A stretch of 64,000 nt of DNA from Escherichia coli. GTDB lineage: Bacteria; Pseudomonadota; Gammaproteobacteria; Enterobacterales; Enterobacteriaceae. A program made the position numbers and the translations under genes. This document shows, one piece after another, positions 40,727 through 51,705 of the stretch; within the stretch, counting starts at the first letter, position 1, and each line of letters starts with the position of its first letter. Under the pieces are notes generated by a model, which had not been told where the DNA came from, ran no database searches, and saw only the letters and a list, made by a program, of their open reading frames with translations. The stretch is taken from NCBI RefSeq assembly GCF_003334815.1, contig NZ_QOWO01000017.1; one strand, written 5' to 3'.

Positions 40727-41733
40727 ATAATATCCAACTCGCCCACGGTAGCGGCGGCCAGGCGATGCAGCAATTAATCAACAGCCTGTTTATGGAAGCC
40801 TTTGCCAACCCGTGGCTGGCAGAGCAGGAAGATCAGGCACGTCTTGATCTGGCGCAGCTGGTAGCGGAAGGCGACCGTCTGGCGTTCTCCACCGACAGTT
40901 ACGTTATTGACCCGCTGTTCTTCCCTGGCGGTAATATCGGCAAGCTGGCGATTTGCGGCACAGCCAATGACGTTGCGGTCAGTGGCGCTATTCCGCGCTA
41001 TCTCTCCTGTGGCTTTATCCTCGAAGAAGGATTGCCGATGGAGACACTGAAAGCCGTAGTGACCAGCATGGCAGAAACCGCCCGCGCGGCAGGCATTGCC
41101 ATCGTTACTGGCGATACTAAAGTGGTGCAGCGCGGCGCGGTAGATAAACTGTTTATCAACACCGCTGGCATGGGCGCAATTCCGGCGAATATTCACTGGG
41201 GCGCACAGACGCTAACCGCAGGCGATGTATTGCTGGTGAGCGGTACACTCGGCGACCACGGGGCGACTATCCTTAACCTGCGTGAGCAGCTGGGGCTGGA
41301 TGGCGAACTGGTCAGCGACTGCGCGGTGCTGACGCCGCTTATTCAGACGCTGCGTGACATTCCCGGCGTGAAAGCGCTGCGTGATGCCACCCGTGGTGGT
41401 GTAAACGCGGTGGTTCATGAGTTCGCGGCAGCCTGCGGTTGTGGTATTGAACTTTCAGAAGCGGCACTGCCTGTTAAACCTGCCGTGCGTGGCGTTTGCG
41501 AATTGCTGGGACTGGACGCCCTGAACTTTGCCAACGAAGGCAAACTAGTAATAGCTGTTGAACGCAACGCGGCAGAGCAAGTGCTGGCAGCGTTACATTC
41601 CCATCCACTGGGGAAAGACGCGGCGCTGATTGGTGAAGTGGTGGAACGTAAAGGTGTTCGTCTTGCCGGTCTGTATGGCGTGAAACGAACCCTCGATTTA
41701 CCACACGCCGAACCGCTTCCGCGTATATGCTAA
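40723..41733 (+). CDS. hypE: Hydrogenase maturation carbamoyl dehydratase HypE
   Basis: PurM-like fold, C-terminal PRIC motif, 336 aa. Confidence 0.93.
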   Translation: MNNIQLAHGSGGQAMQQLINSLFMEAFANPWLAEQEDQARLDLAQLVAEGDRLAFSTDSYVIDPLFFPGGNIGKLAICGTANDVAVSGAIPRYLSCGFILEEGLPMETLKAVVTSMAETARAAGIAIVTGDTKVVQRGAVDKLFINTAGMGAIPANIHWGAQTLTAGDVLLVSGTLGDHGATILNLREQLGLDGELVSDCAVLTPLIQTLRDIPGVKALRDATRGGVNAVVHEFAAACGCGIELSEAALPVKPAVRGVCELLGLDALNFANEGKLVIAVERNAAEQVLAALHSHPLGKDAALIGEVVERKGVRLAGLYGVKRTLDLPHAEPLPRIC

Positions 41734-41772
41734 TAAAATTCTAAATCTCCTATAGTTAGTCAATGACCTTTT

Positions 41773-41789
41773 GCACCGCTTTGCGGTGC
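41773..41789 (+). terminator. Short hairpin (gcaccgc ttt gcggtgc) plus T-run between hypE and fhlA; candidate attenuator or partial terminator
   Basis: Perfect 7-bp inverted repeat followed by tttcc. Confidence 0.45.
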
Positions 41790-41806
41790 TTTCCTGGAAG
41801 AACAAA

Positions 41807-43885
41807 ATGTCATATACACCGATGAGTGATCTCGGACAACAAGGGTTGTTCGACATCACTCGGACACTATTGCAGCAGCCCGATCTGGCCTCGCTGTGTG
41901 AGGCTCTTTCGCAACTGGTAAAGCGTTCTGCGCTCGCCGACAACGCGGCTATTGTGTTGTGGCAAGCGCAGACTCAACGTGCGTCTTATTACGCGTCGCG
42001 TGAAAAAGACACCCCCATTAAATATGAAGACGAAACTGTTCTGGCACACGGTCCGGTACGCAGCATTTTGTCGCGCCCTGATACGCTGCATTGCAGTTAC
42101 GAAGAATTTTGTGAAACCTGGCCGCAGCTGGACGCAGGTGGGCTATACCCAAAATTTGGTCACTATTGCCTGATGCCACTGGCGGCGGAAGGGCATATTT
42201 TTGGTGGCTGTGAATTTATTCGTTATGACGATCGCCCCTGGAGCGAAAAAGAGTTCAATCGTCTGCAAACATTTACGCAGATCGTTTCTGTCGTCACCGA
42301 ACAAATCCAGAGCCGCGTCGTTAACAATGTCGACTATGAGTTGTTATGCCGGGAACGCGATAACTTCCGCATCCTGGTCGCCATCACCAACGCGGTGCTT
42401 TCCCGCCTGGATATGGACGAACTGGTCAGCGAAGTCGCCAAAGAAATCCATTACTATTTCGACATTGACGATATCAGTATCGTCTTACGCAGCCACCGTA
42501 AAAACAAACTCAACATCTACTCCACTCACTATCTTGATAAACAGCATCCCGCCCACGAACAGAGCGAAGTCGATGAAGCCGGAACCCTCACCGAACGCGT
42601 GTTCAAAAGTAAAGAGATGCTGCTGATCAATCTCCACGAGCGGGACGATTTAGCCCCCTATGAACGCATGTTGTTCGACACCTGGGGCAACCAGATTCAA
42701 ACCTTGTGCCTGTTACCGCTGATGTCTGGCGACACCATGCTGGGCGTGCTGAAACTGGCGCAATGCGAAGAGAAAGTGTTTACCACTACCAATCTGAATT
42801 TACTGCGCCAGATTGCCGAACGTGTGGCAATCGCTGTCGATAACGCCCTCGCCTATCAGGAAATCCATCGTCTGAAAGAACGGCTGGTTGATGAAAACCT
42901 CGCCCTGACCGAGCAGCTCAACAATGTTGATAGTGAATTTGGCGAGATTATTGGCCGCAGCGAAGCCATGTACAGCGTGCTTAAACAAGTTGAAATGGTG
43001 GCGCAAAGTGACAGTACCGTGCTGATCCTCGGTGAAACTGGCACGGGTAAAGAGCTGATTGCCCGTGCGATCCATAATCTCAGTGGGCGTAATAATCGCC
43101 GCATGGTCAAAATGAACTGCGCGGCGATGCCTGCCGGATTGCTGGAAAGCGATCTGTTTGGTCATGAGCGTGGGGCTTTTACCGGTGCCAGCGCCCAGCG
43201 TATCGGTCGTTTTGAACTGGCGGATAAAAGCTCCCTGTTCCTCGACGAAGTGGGCGATATGCCACTGGAGTTACAGCCGAAGTTGCTGCGTGTATTGCAG
43301 GAACAGGAGTTTGAACGTCTCGGCAGCAACAAAATCATTCAGACGGACGTGCGTCTAATCGCCGCGACTAACCGCGATCTGAAAAAAATGGTCGCCGACC
43401 GTGAGTTCCGTAGCGATCTCTATTACCGCCTGAACGTATTCCCGATTCACCTGCCGCCACTACGCGAGCGTCCGGAAGATATTCCGCTGCTGGCGAAAGC
43501 CTTTACCTTCAAAATTGCCCGTCGTCTGGGGCGCAATATCGACAGCATTCCTGCCGAGACGCTGCGCACCTTGAGCAACATGGAGTGGCCGGGTAACGTA
43601 CGCGAACTGGAAAACGTCATTGAGCGCGCGGTATTGCTAACACGCGGTAACGTGCTGCAGCTGTCATTGCCAGATATTGTTTTACCGGAACCTGAAACGC
43701 CGCCTGCCGCAACGGTTGTCGCCCTGGAGGGCGAAGATGAATATCAGTTGATTGTGCGCGTGCTGAAAGAAACCAACGGCGTGGTTGCCGGGCCTAAAGG
43801 CGCTGCGCAACGTCTGGGGCTGAAACGCACGACCCTGCTGTCACGGATGAAGCGGCTGGGAATTGATAAATCGGCATTGATTTAA
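41807..43885 (+). CDS. fhlA: Formate hydrogenlyase transcriptional activator FhlA (sigma54 enhancer-binding protein), 692 aa
   Basis: Start moved to MSYTPMSDLGQQGLFDITR; AAA+ motifs GETGTGKE and GAFTGA, C-terminal HTH. Confidence 0.94.
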   Translation: MSYTPMSDLGQQGLFDITRTLLQQPDLASLCEALSQLVKRSALADNAAIVLWQAQTQRASYYASREKDTPIKYEDETVLAHGPVRSILSRPDTLHCSYEEFCETWPQLDAGGLYPKFGHYCLMPLAAEGHIFGGCEFIRYDDRPWSEKEFNRLQTFTQIVSVVTEQIQSRVVNNVDYELLCRERDNFRILVAITNAVLSRLDMDELVSEVAKEIHYYFDIDDISIVLRSHRKNKLNIYSTHYLDKQHPAHEQSEVDEAGTLTERVFKSKEMLLINLHERDDLAPYERMLFDTWGNQIQTLCLLPLMSGDTMLGVLKLAQCEEKVFTTTNLNLLRQIAERVAIAVDNALAYQEIHRLKERLVDENLALTEQLNNVDSEFGEIIGRSEAMYSVLKQVEMVAQSDSTVLILGETGTGKELIARAIHNLSGRNNRRMVKMNCAAMPAGLLESDLFGHERGAFTGASAQRIGRFELADKSSLFLDEVGDMPLELQPKLLRVLQEQEFERLGSNKIIQTDVRLIAATNRDLKKMVADREFRSDLYYRLNVFPIHLPPLRERPEDIPLLAKAFTFKIARRLGRNIDSIPAETLRTLSNMEWPGNVRELENVIERAVLLTRGNVLQLSLPDIVLPEPETPPAATVVALEGEDEYQLIVRVLKETNGVVAGPKGAAQRLGLKRTTLLSRMKRLGIDKSALI

Positions 43886-43894
43886 CTGCAAATT

Positions 43895-43918
43895 GCCGGA
43901 CAGATCTGCCTGTCCGGC
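43895..43918. terminator. Bidirectional hairpin (gccggacag/ctgtccggc) between convergent fhlA and ygbA
   Basis: Perfect 9-bp inverted repeat. Confidence 0.6.
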
Positions 43919-43921
43919 ATA

Positions 43922-44275
43922 CTATTCATGAGGTTTTTTCGGACGATATTTTTCCGGCAGTTCTGGCACCGGACGCTTGTCATCGATGAGATGACGCACG
44001 GTTAAGATCGGATGACGCCACAGCATTCTCGGCCCGGCCCAACGCATAATCTGTTTCATCTCTTCACGCTTTGCAGGCTGGTAACAGTGCACCGGACACT
44101 GCTTACAGGCTGGTTTCTCTTCGCCGAACACACATTTATCCAGCCGCTTTTGCGCGTAAACAAACAACGCCTCGTAATGCTCCGGCTCCGCTGACGCCTG
44201 CGGGCATTTCGCTTGATAAAGATCGATCATTTTTTTAATCGTCAGTTTTTCACGAGAGATACGCTTGCCGGACAT
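43922..44275 (-). CDS. ygbA: Nitrous oxide-stimulated promoter family protein YgbA (117 aa, Cys-rich)
   Basis: Translation; position between fhlA and mutS. Confidence 0.88.
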   Translation of the reverse strand: MSGKRISREKLTIKKMIDLYQAKCPQASAEPEHYEALFVYAQKRLDKCVFGEEKPACKQCPVHCYQPAKREEMKQIMRWAGPRMLWRHPILTVRHLIDDKRPVPELPEKYRPKKPHE

Positions 44276-44290
44276 GCTGCCTCCACCTCA

Positions 44291-44317
44291 TTAAGATGTA
44301 TTTATATTACATCTTAA
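44291..44317. promoter_or_regulatory. NsrR-type operator palindrome upstream of ygbA (ttaagatgta tttatat tacatcttaa)
   Basis: Perfect 10-bp inverted repeat with AAGATGnATTT-like half-sites, 16 bp upstream of the ygbA start codon. Confidence 0.7.
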
Positions 44318-44561
44318 TCTTAAAGGGCACTATGACTCCAAAGAAGAAGGGTTAGCCAACCGATACAATTTTGCGTACTTGCTTCATAAGCATCACGCAA
44401 AAGCTGCAAAACAGCACCTTTCCCGGAACCAGCATCAAGAACTCGCCGTTCGCTTCTTCCCCTGAAATGATTAACTCCGGTATCATGTGCGCCTTATGTG
44501 ATTACAACGAAAATAAAAACCATCACACCCCATTTAATATCAGGGAACCGGACATAACCCC

Positions 44562-47123
44562 ATGAGTGCAATAGAAAATTTCGACGCCCATACGCCCATG
44601 ATGCAGCAGTATCTCAGGCTGAAAGCCCAGCATCCCGAGATCCTGCTGTTTTACCGGATGGGTGATTTTTATGAACTGTTTTATGACGACGCAAAACGCG
44701 CGTCGCAACTGCTGGATATTTCACTGACCAAACGCGGTGCTTCGGCGGGAGAGCCGATCCCGATGGCGGGGATTCCCTACCATGCGGTGGAAAACTATCT
44801 CGCCAAACTGGTGAATCAGGGAGAGTCCGTTGCCATCTGCGAACAAATTGGCGATCCGGCGACCAGCAAAGGTCCGGTTGAGCGCAAAGTTGTGCGTATC
44901 GTTACGCCAGGCACCATCAGCGATGAAGCCCTGTTGCAGGAGCGTCAGGACAACCTGCTGGCGGCTATCTGGCAGGACAGCAAAGGTTTCGGCTACGCGA
45001 CGCTGGATATCAGTTCCGGGCGTTTTCGCCTGAGCGAACCGGCTGACCGCGAAACGATGGCGGCAGAACTGCAACGCACTAATCCTGCGGAACTGCTGTA
45101 TGCAGAAGATTTTGCTGAAATGTCGTTAATTGAAGGCCGTCGCGGCCTGCGCCGTCGCCCGCTGTGGGAGTTTGAAATCGACACCGCGCGCCAGCAGTTG
45201 AATCTGCAATTTGGGACCCGCGATCTGGTCGGTTTTGGCGTCGAGAACGCGCCGCGCGGACTTTGTGCTGCCGGTTGTCTGTTGCAGTATGCGAAAGATA
45301 CCCAACGTACGACTCTGCCGCATATTCGTTCCATCACCATGGAACGTGAGCAGGACAGCATCATTATGGATGCCGCGACGCGTCGTAATCTGGAAATCAC
45401 CCAGAACCTGGCGGGTGGTGCGGAAAATACGCTGGCTTCTGTGCTCGACTGCACCGTCACGCCGATGGGCAGCCGTATGCTGAAACGCTGGCTGCATATG
45501 CCAGTGCGCGATACCCGCGTGTTGCTTGAGCGCCAGCAAACTATTGGCGCATTGCAGGATTTCACCGCCGGGCTACAGCCGGTACTGCGTCAGGTCGGCG
45601 ACCTGGAACGTATTCTGGCACGTCTGGCTTTACGAACTGCTCGCCCACGCGATCTGGCCCGTATGCGCCACGCTTTCCAGCAACTGCCGGAGCTGCGTGC
45701 GCAGTTAGAAACTGTCGATAGTGCACCGGTACAGGCGCTACGTGAGAAGATGGGCGAGTTTGCCGAGCTGCGCGATCTGCTGGAGCGAGCAATCATCGAC
45801 ACACCGCCGGTGCTGGTACGCGACGGTGGTGTTATCGCATCGGGCTATAACGAAGAGCTGGATGAGTGGCGCGCGCTGGCTGACGGCGCGACCGATTATC
45901 TGGAGCGTCTGGAAGTCCGCGAGCGTGAACGTACCGGCCTGGACACGCTGAAAGTTGGCTTTAATGCGGTGCACGGCTACTACATTCAAATCAGCCGTGG
46001 GCAAAGCCATCTGGCACCCATCAACTACATGCGTCGCCAGACGCTGAAAAACGCCGAGCGCTACATCATTCCAGAGCTAAAAGAGTACGAAGATAAAGTT
46101 CTCACCTCAAAAGGCAAAGCACTGGCACTGGAAAAACAGCTTTATGAAGAGCTGTTCGACCTGCTGTTGCCGCATCTGGAAGCGTTGCAACAGAGCGCGA
46201 GCGCGCTGGCGGAACTCGACGTGCTGGTTAACCTGGCGGAACGGGCCTATACCCTGAACTACACCTGCCCGACCTTCATTGATAAACCGGGCATTCGCAT
46301 TACCGAAGGTCGCCATCCGGTAGTTGAACAAGTACTGAATGAGCCATTTATCGCCAACCCGCTGAATCTGTCGCCGCAGCGCCGCATGTTGATCATCACC
46401 GGTCCGAACATGGGCGGTAAAAGTACCTATATGCGCCAGACCGCACTGATTGCGCTGATGGCCTACATCGGCAGCTATGTACCGGCACAAAAAGTCGAGA
46501 TTGGACCTATCGATCGCATCTTTACCCGCGTAGGCGCGGCAGATGACCTGGCGTCCGGGCGCTCAACCTTTATGGTGGAGATGACTGAAACCGCCAATAT
46601 TTTACATAACGCCACCGAATACAGTCTGGTGTTAATGGATGAGATCGGGCGTGGAACGTCCACCTACGATGGTCTGTCGCTGGCGTGGGCGTGCGCGGAA
46701 AATCTGGCGAATAAGATTAAGGCATTGACGTTATTTGCTACCCACTATTTCGAGCTGACCCAGTTACCGGAGAAAATGGAAGGCGTCGCTAACGTGCATC
46801 TCGATGCACTGGAGCACGGCGACACCATTGCCTTTATGCACAGCGTGCAGGATGGCGCGGCGAGCAAAAGCTACGGCCTGGCGGTTGCAGCTCTGGCAGG
46901 CGTGCCAAAAGAGGTTATTAAGCGCGCACGGCAAAAGCTGCGTGAGCTGGAAAGCATTTCGCCGAACGCCGCCGCTACGCAAGTGGATGGTACGCAAATG
47001 TCTTTGCTGTCAGTACCAGAAGAAACTTCGCCTGCGGTCGAAGCTCTGGAAAATCTTGATCCGGATTCACTCACCCCGCGTCAGGCGCTGGAGTGGATTT
47101 ATCGCTTGAAGAGCCTGGTGTAA
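44562..47123 (+). CDS. mutS: DNA mismatch repair protein MutS (853 aa), full length
   Basis: Translation [40 protein letters not shown]..., Walker [10 protein letters not shown]. Confidence 0.97.
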   Translation: MSAIENFDAHTPMMQQYLRLKAQHPEILLFYRMGDFYELFYDDAKRASQLLDISLTKRGASAGEPIPMAGIPYHAVENYLAKLVNQGESVAICEQIGDPATSKGPVERKVVRIVTPGTISDEALLQERQDNLLAAIWQDSKGFGYATLDISSGRFRLSEPADRETMAAELQRTNPAELLYAEDFAEMSLIEGRRGLRRRPLWEFEIDTARQQLNLQFGTRDLVGFGVENAPRGLCAAGCLLQYAKDTQRTTLPHIRSITMEREQDSIIMDAATRRNLEITQNLAGGAENTLASVLDCTVTPMGSRMLKRWLHMPVRDTRVLLERQQTIGALQDFTAGLQPVLRQVGDLERILARLALRTARPRDLARMRHAFQQLPELRAQLETVDSAPVQALREKMGEFAELRDLLERAIIDTPPVLVRDGGVIASGYNEELDEWRALADGATDYLERLEVRERERTGLDTLKVGFNAVHGYYIQISRGQSHLAPINYMRRQTLKNAERYIIPELKEYEDKVLTSKGKALALEKQLYEELFDLLLPHLEALQQSASALAELDVLVNLAERAYTLNYTCPTFIDKPGIRITEGRHPVVEQVLNEPFIANPLNLSPQRRMLIITGPNMGGKSTYMRQTALIALMAYIGSYVPAQKVEIGPIDRIFTRVGAADDLASGRSTFMVEMTETANILHNATEYSLVLMDEIGRGTSTYDGLSLAWACAENLANKIKALTLFATHYFELTQLPEKMEGVANVHLDALEHGDTIAFMHSVQDGAASKSYGLAVAALAGVPKEVIKRARQKLRELESISPNAAATQVDGTQMSLLSVPEETSPAVEALENLDPDSLTPRQALEWIYRLKSLV

Positions 47124-47128
47124 TAACA

Positions 47129-47157
47129 ATTCCCGATAGTCTTTTGCTATCGGGAAT
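47129..47157 (+). terminator. mutS terminator hairpin (attcccgatag/ctatcgggaat)
   Basis: Perfect 11-bp inverted repeat 6 nt after the mutS stop. Confidence 0.7.
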
Positions 47158-47228
47158 ATTAACGACAACTGACGAATAAAATAAAAACACCCTGTATAAT
47201 AGGAAAGCTTATTTTACAGGGTAAAACC

Positions 47229-47885
47229 ATGCCATCTACACGCTATCAAAAAATCAATGCCCATCACTATCGCCATATATGGGTCGTTGGTGATATTCAT
47301 GGTGAATATCAGTTATTACAATCCCGCTTACATCAACTCTCTTTTTTCCCCGAAATCGACTTACTTATTTCTGTCGGCGATAATATTGATCGTGGACCGG
47401 AGAGTCTTGACGTCCTGCGCCTGCTAAACCAACCCTGGTTTACGTCGGTTAAAGGCAACCACGAAGCGATGGCGCTTGAGGCATTCGAAACTGGCGATGG
47501 CAATATGTGGCTTGCCAGCGGTGGTGACTGGTTTTTCGATTTAAATGATTCAGAGCAACAAGAGGCAATAGATCTGTTGCTGAAATTCCATCACCTTCCA
47601 CATATTATTGAAATCACTAACGACAACATAAAATATGCCATCGCACATGCAGATTATCCGGGGAGTGAATATCTCTTTGGTAAAGAAATAGCGGAGAGCG
47701 AATTACTCTGGCCTGTTGATCGTGTGCAGAAATCGCTTAATGGCGAGTTACAACAAATAAACGGCGCTGATTATTTTATATTTGGACATATGATGTTTGA
47801 TAACATTCAGACGTTCGCTAACCAGATTTATATTGATACCGGATCGCCGAACAGCGGGCGGCTGTCATTTTATAAAATAAAGTAG
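47229..47885 (+). CDS. pphB: Serine/threonine protein phosphatase 2 (PphB/PrpB)
   Basis: Metallophosphatase motifs GDIHG, GDNIDRG, GNHE; 218 aa. Confidence 0.92.
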   Translation: MPSTRYQKINAHHYRHIWVVGDIHGEYQLLQSRLHQLSFFPEIDLLISVGDNIDRGPESLDVLRLLNQPWFTSVKGNHEAMALEAFETGDGNMWLASGGDWFFDLNDSEQQEAIDLLLKFHHLPHIIEITNDNIKYAIAHADYPGSEYLFGKEIAESELLWPVDRVQKSLNGELQQINGADYFIFGHMMFDNIQTFANQIYIDTGSPNSGRLSFYKIK

Positions 47886-47886
47886 T

Positions 47887-47912
47887 CTCATGCTTCTTCT
47901 GTGAAGCATGAG
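47887..47912. terminator. Bidirectional hairpin (ctcatgcttc/gaagcatgag) between convergent pphB and ygbI
   Basis: Perfect 10-bp inverted repeat. Confidence 0.6.
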
Positions 47913-47935
47913 TAACCCGGTGTTATTGCAGGCCA

Positions 47936-48703
47936 TTATTCATTTTTCGCTACCAGCAAAGAGAGATCCTGCTTCACCAGCGCGCGACTGGCACTCTCCG
48001 GCAAACCGTCGTCTGTAATAATCTGATCAAACTCGCTTAATGGTAACGCCAGCCATGTCGCCACCTGACCATATTTCGTCGCATCACAGACCAAAACTCG
48101 CTGGCGGCTGGCACTGGCAATCGCCCGTTTCACCGTGACTTTATCTTCCGCTGGCGTAGAAATCCCCCGCACACTCCATGACGATGCAGAAATAAAAGCC
48201 TGATCAATCATCAGGCTGCGCAGCATGGTCGCAGCGGCTTCCCCGACACAGGAACGGTTTTCCCGACACACTGCACCGCCAGTGTGAATAATTGTGCAAT
48301 TACTGTTGTCGAGCAAGTAGTCCGCAATAACGAAATCGTTTGTGACCACAGTCAGTGACTCCATGTGAATCAGATGCTGTGCTATCGCTAACGTGGTCGT
48401 TCCCGCATCCAGATAGATACAACTTCCCGGCTGAACAAGACTTGCCGCCAGCTTGCCAATAGCCGCTTTTTGCGTCATTGCCAGCGCAGTTTTTACCTGA
48501 TGAGAAGGTTCATGCGCCACGCGTCCCGGAGACTGGACGCCTCCGGACACCAGCACAACGGCTCCCTGCTGCTCCAGTTTTTGTAAATCCCGACGAATGG
48601 TCATATGTGACACATTCATTCTGTCCGTTAGTTCAGCAATACTGACAATGCCTTTTTCAGCTACCATCTCAAGGATGATTTGGCGACGCTCTACGGGTAT
48701 CAA
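47936..48703 (-). CDS. ygbI: DeoR-family transcriptional regulator YgbI (255 aa with TTG start; alternative ATG at 48733 gives 265 aa)
   Basis: DeoR HTH and sugar-binding domain; the TTG at 48703 is preceded by AAGGAG at ideal spacing, while the upstream ATG has no Shine-Dalgarno. Confidence 0.85.
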   Translation of the reverse strand: MIPVERRQIILEMVAEKGIVSIAELTDRMNVSHMTIRRDLQKLEQQGAVVLVSGGVQSPGRVAHEPSHQVKTALAMTQKAAIGKLAASLVQPGSCIYLDAGTTTLAIAQHLIHMESLTVVTNDFVIADYLLDNSNCTIIHTGGAVCRENRSCVGEAAATMLRSLMIDQAFISASSWSVRGISTPAEDKVTVKRAIASASRQRVLVCDATKYGQVATWLALPLSEFDQIITDDGLPESASRALVKQDLSLLVAKNE

Positions 48704-48898
48704 CTTTTGCTCCTTCCTTTGTCCTGCTGACATTCTACGCTATTTGCCTGCGAAACGTGCGCGGCGCAACTAACGCTTAGTTCACATAAAATAACACACA
48801 ATGTTAATTTATGTGAATCAGATCACCATATCGTTATCTTCCAGCGCTTATATTCACAATATCAAACAAAATATCACTTAAATTAACAAGGAGAGCAG

Positions 48899-49807
48899 AT
48901 GAAAACGGGATCTGAGTTTCATGTCGGTATCGTTGGCTTAGGGTCAATGGGAATGGGAGCAGCACTGTCATGTGTCCGCGCAGGTCTTTCTACCTGGGGC
49001 GCAGACCTGAACAGCAATGCCTGCGCTACGTTGAAAGAGGCAGGTGCTTGCGGGGTTTCTGATAACGCCGCGACGTTTGCCGAAAAACTGGACGCACTGC
49101 TGGTGCTGGTGGTCAATGCGGCCCAGGTTAAACAGGTGCTGTTTGGTGAAACAGGCGTTGCACAACATCTGAAACCCGGTACGGCAGTAATGGTTTCTTC
49201 CACTATCGCTAGTGCTGATGCGCAAGAAATTGCTACCGCTCTGGCTGGATTCGATCTGGAAATGCTGGATGCGCCAGTTTCTGGTGGTGCAGTAAAAGCC
49301 GCTAACGGTGAAATGACTATCATGGCCTCCGGTAGCGATATTGCCTTTGAACGACTGGCACCCGTGCTGGAAGCCGTTGCCGGAAAAGTTTATCGCATAG
49401 GTGCAGAACCGGGACTAGGTTCGACCGTAAAAATTATTCACCAGTTGTTAGCGGGCGTACATATTGCTGCCGGAGCCGAAGCGATGGCACTTGCAGCCCG
49501 TGCGGGGATCCCGCTGGATGTGATGTATGACGTCGTGACCAATGCCGCCGGAAATTCCTGGATGTTCGAAAACCGGATGCGTCATGTGGTGGATGGCGAT
49601 TACACCCCGCATTCAGCCGTCGATATTTTTGTTAAGGATCTTGGTCTGGTTGCCGATACAGCCAAAGCCCTGCACTTCCCGCTGCCATTGGCCTCAACAG
49701 CATTGAATATGTTCACCAGCGCCAGTAACGCGGGTTACGGGAAAGAAGACGATAGCGCAGTTATCAAGATTTTCTCTGGCATCACTCTACCGGGAGCGAA
49801 ATCATGA
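48899..49807 (+). CDS. ygbJ: 3-hydroxyisobutyrate-dehydrogenase-family oxidoreductase YgbJ (L-threonate dehydrogenase LtnD in later nomenclature)
   Basis: N-terminal NAD-binding GLGSMGMG motif, 302 aa. Confidence 0.88.
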   Translation: MKTGSEFHVGIVGLGSMGMGAALSCVRAGLSTWGADLNSNACATLKEAGACGVSDNAATFAEKLDALLVLVVNAAQVKQVLFGETGVAQHLKPGTAVMVSSTIASADAQEIATALAGFDLEMLDAPVSGGAVKAANGEMTIMASGSDIAFERLAPVLEAVAGKVYRIGAEPGLGSTVKIIHQLLAGVHIAAGAEAMALAARAGIPLDVMYDVVTNAAGNSWMFENRMRHVVDGDYTPHSAVDIFVKDLGLVADTAKALHFPLPLASTALNMFTSASNAGYGKEDDSAVIKIFSGITLPGAKS

Positions 49808-51066
49808 TCAAGATTGGCGTTATCGCCGATGATTTTACCGGCGCGACGGATATCGCCAGTTTTCTGGTGGAAAACGGTCTACCAACGGTACAAATTAACG
49901 GTGTTCCAACAGGTAAAATGCCGGAAGCAATCGACGCACTGGTGATCAGCCTGAAAACGCGCTCCTGTCCAGTGGTTGAAGCCACACAGCAATCGCTGGC
50001 GGCTCTGAGCTGGTTGCAACAGCAAGGTTGCAAACAGATCTATTTCAAATACTGCTCTACTTTCGACAGTACGGCGAAAGGTAATATTGGCCCGGTTACC
50101 GATGCCTTAATGGATGCTCTCGACACGCCGTTTACGGTCTTCTCTCCGGCCCTGCCGGTCAACGGACGTACGGTTTATCAGGGGTATTTGTTCGTAATGA
50201 ATCAACTGCTGGCCGAATCCGGGATGCGCCATCACCCGGTAAATCCCATGACCGACAGCTATCTTCCCCGTCTGGTTGAAGCGCAATCCACAGGGCGCTG
50301 CGGCGTCGTTTCGGCACATGTTTTCGAACAAGGTGTGGATGCCGTTCGTCAAGAGCTGGCTCGCTTACAGCAAGAGGGCTACCGCTACGCGGTGCTTGAT
50401 GCGCTGACCGAACACCATCTGGAAATTCAGGGAGAAGCCTTGCGCGATGCCCCACTGGTAACGGGCGGTTCTGGTCTGGCGATTGGCCTGGCCCGGCAGT
50501 GGGCGCAAGAAAACGGTAACCAGGCTCGCAAAGCAGGGCGTCCGCTCGCTGGGCGCGGCGTAGTGCTCTCCGGTTCATGCTCTCAAATGACCAACCGCCA
50601 GGTAGCACATTACCGTCAAATTGCACCAGCCCGTGAAGTTGATGTGGCACGCTGCCTCTCAATTGAAACTCTGGCCGCTTATGCACACGAACTGGCAGAG
50701 TGGGTTCTGGGCCAGGAAAGTGTACTTGCTCCACTGGTTTTTGCCACCGCCAGCACTGACGCATTGGCAGCAATTCAACAGCAATACGGTGCACAAAAAG
50801 CCAGTCAGGCAGTAGAAACACTGTTTTCTCAACTAGCGGCGCGGTTAGCAGCGGAAGGCGTGACACGCTTTATTGTCGCAGGCGGTGAGACCTCCGGCGT
50901 AGTCACACAGAGCCTGGGAATAAAAGGGTTTCATATTGGCCCAACCATTTCCCCCGGCGTGCCGTGGGTAAACGCACTGGATAAGCCTGTCTCACTCGCC
51001 CTTAAATCTGGCAACTTCGGTGATGACGCCTTTTTTTCACGAGCCCAAAGAGAGTTTTTATCATGA
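49804..51066 (+). CDS. ygbK: DUF1537-family four-carbon acid sugar kinase YgbK (OtnK)
   Basis: Conserved IGVIADDFTGA N-terminus; ATGA overlap with the ygbJ stop. Confidence 0.85.
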   Translation: MIKIGVIADDFTGATDIASFLVENGLPTVQINGVPTGKMPEAIDALVISLKTRSCPVVEATQQSLAALSWLQQQGCKQIYFKYCSTFDSTAKGNIGPVTDALMDALDTPFTVFSPALPVNGRTVYQGYLFVMNQLLAESGMRHHPVNPMTDSYLPRLVEAQSTGRCGVVSAHVFEQGVDAVRQELARLQQEGYRYAVLDALTEHHLEIQGEALRDAPLVTGGSGLAIGLARQWAQENGNQARKAGRPLAGRGVVLSGSCSQMTNRQVAHYRQIAPAREVDVARCLSIETLAAYAHELAEWVLGQESVLAPLVFATASTDALAAIQQQYGAQKASQAVETLFSQLAARLAAEGVTRFIVAGGETSGVVTQSLGIKGFHIGPTISPGVPWVNALDKPVSLALKSGNFGDDAFFSRAQREFLS

Positions 51067-51701
51067 GCGATTTCGCAAAAGTAGAGCAGTCTTTGCGAGA
51101 GGAGATGACGCGGATTGCCAGTTCATTCTTTCAGCGCGGCTATGCAACCGGTTCGGCTGGCAATCTGTCGCTGCTTTTACCTGACGGGAATTTACTGGCG
51201 ACACCGACAGGTTCATGCCTGGGCAATCTCGATCCGCAGCGGCTTTCCAAAGTCGCCGCGGATGGCGAATGGTTAAGTGGTGACAAACCCTCGAAAGAGG
51301 TGCTCTTTCATCTGGCGCTGTATCGCAACAATCCGCGTTGTAAAGCGGTGGTGCATTTGCACAGCACATGGTCGACGGCGCTTTCCTGCCTGCAAGGGCT
51401 GGACAGCAGCAACGTTATTCGTCCGTTCACACCATACGTGGTGATGCGGATGGGAAATGTCCCGCTGGTGCCTTATTACCGACCGGGCGATAAACGCATC
51501 GCACAGGATCTGGCGGAACTGGCAGCAGACAATCAGGCTTTTTTACTGGCAAATCATGGCCCAGTGGTTTGCGGTGAAAGCCTGCAAGAAGCCGCCAACA
51601 ATATGGAAGAGCTGGAGGAAACGGCAAAGCTGATTTTTATTCTCGGTGACCGCCCGATCCGTTATCTGACCGCAGGTGAAATTGCGGAATTAAGGAGTTA
51701 A
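51063..51701 (+). CDS. ygbL: Class II aldolase/adducin-family protein YgbL (OtnC-type decarboxylase)
   Basis: Translation, 212 aa; 4-nt overlap with ygbK. Confidence 0.85.
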   Translation: MSDFAKVEQSLREEMTRIASSFFQRGYATGSAGNLSLLLPDGNLLATPTGSCLGNLDPQRLSKVAADGEWLSGDKPSKEVLFHLALYRNNPRCKAVVHLHSTWSTALSCLQGLDSSNVIRPFTPYVVMRMGNVPLVPYYRPGDKRIAQDLAELAADNQAFLLANHGPVVCGESLQEAANNMEELEETAKLIFILGDRPIRYLTAGEIAELRS

Positions 51702-51705
51702 TGCA

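Noticed and set aside
38104-41806. Longer N-terminal extensions suggested by the ORF track for hypA, hypC, fhlA and similarly recA, mltB, hypF, hydN, ascB, hycE, surE and norR
   Set aside because: The upstream extensions begin at non-ATG or poorly positioned codons and overlap upstream genes or promoters; the internal ATG in each case gives the known protein length and conserved N-terminal motif
44371-44565. 64-aa ORF immediately upstream of mutS on the plus strand
   Set aside because: Lies in the mutS promoter/leader, ends inside the mutS start region, and has no convincing RBS; probably a non-coding leader
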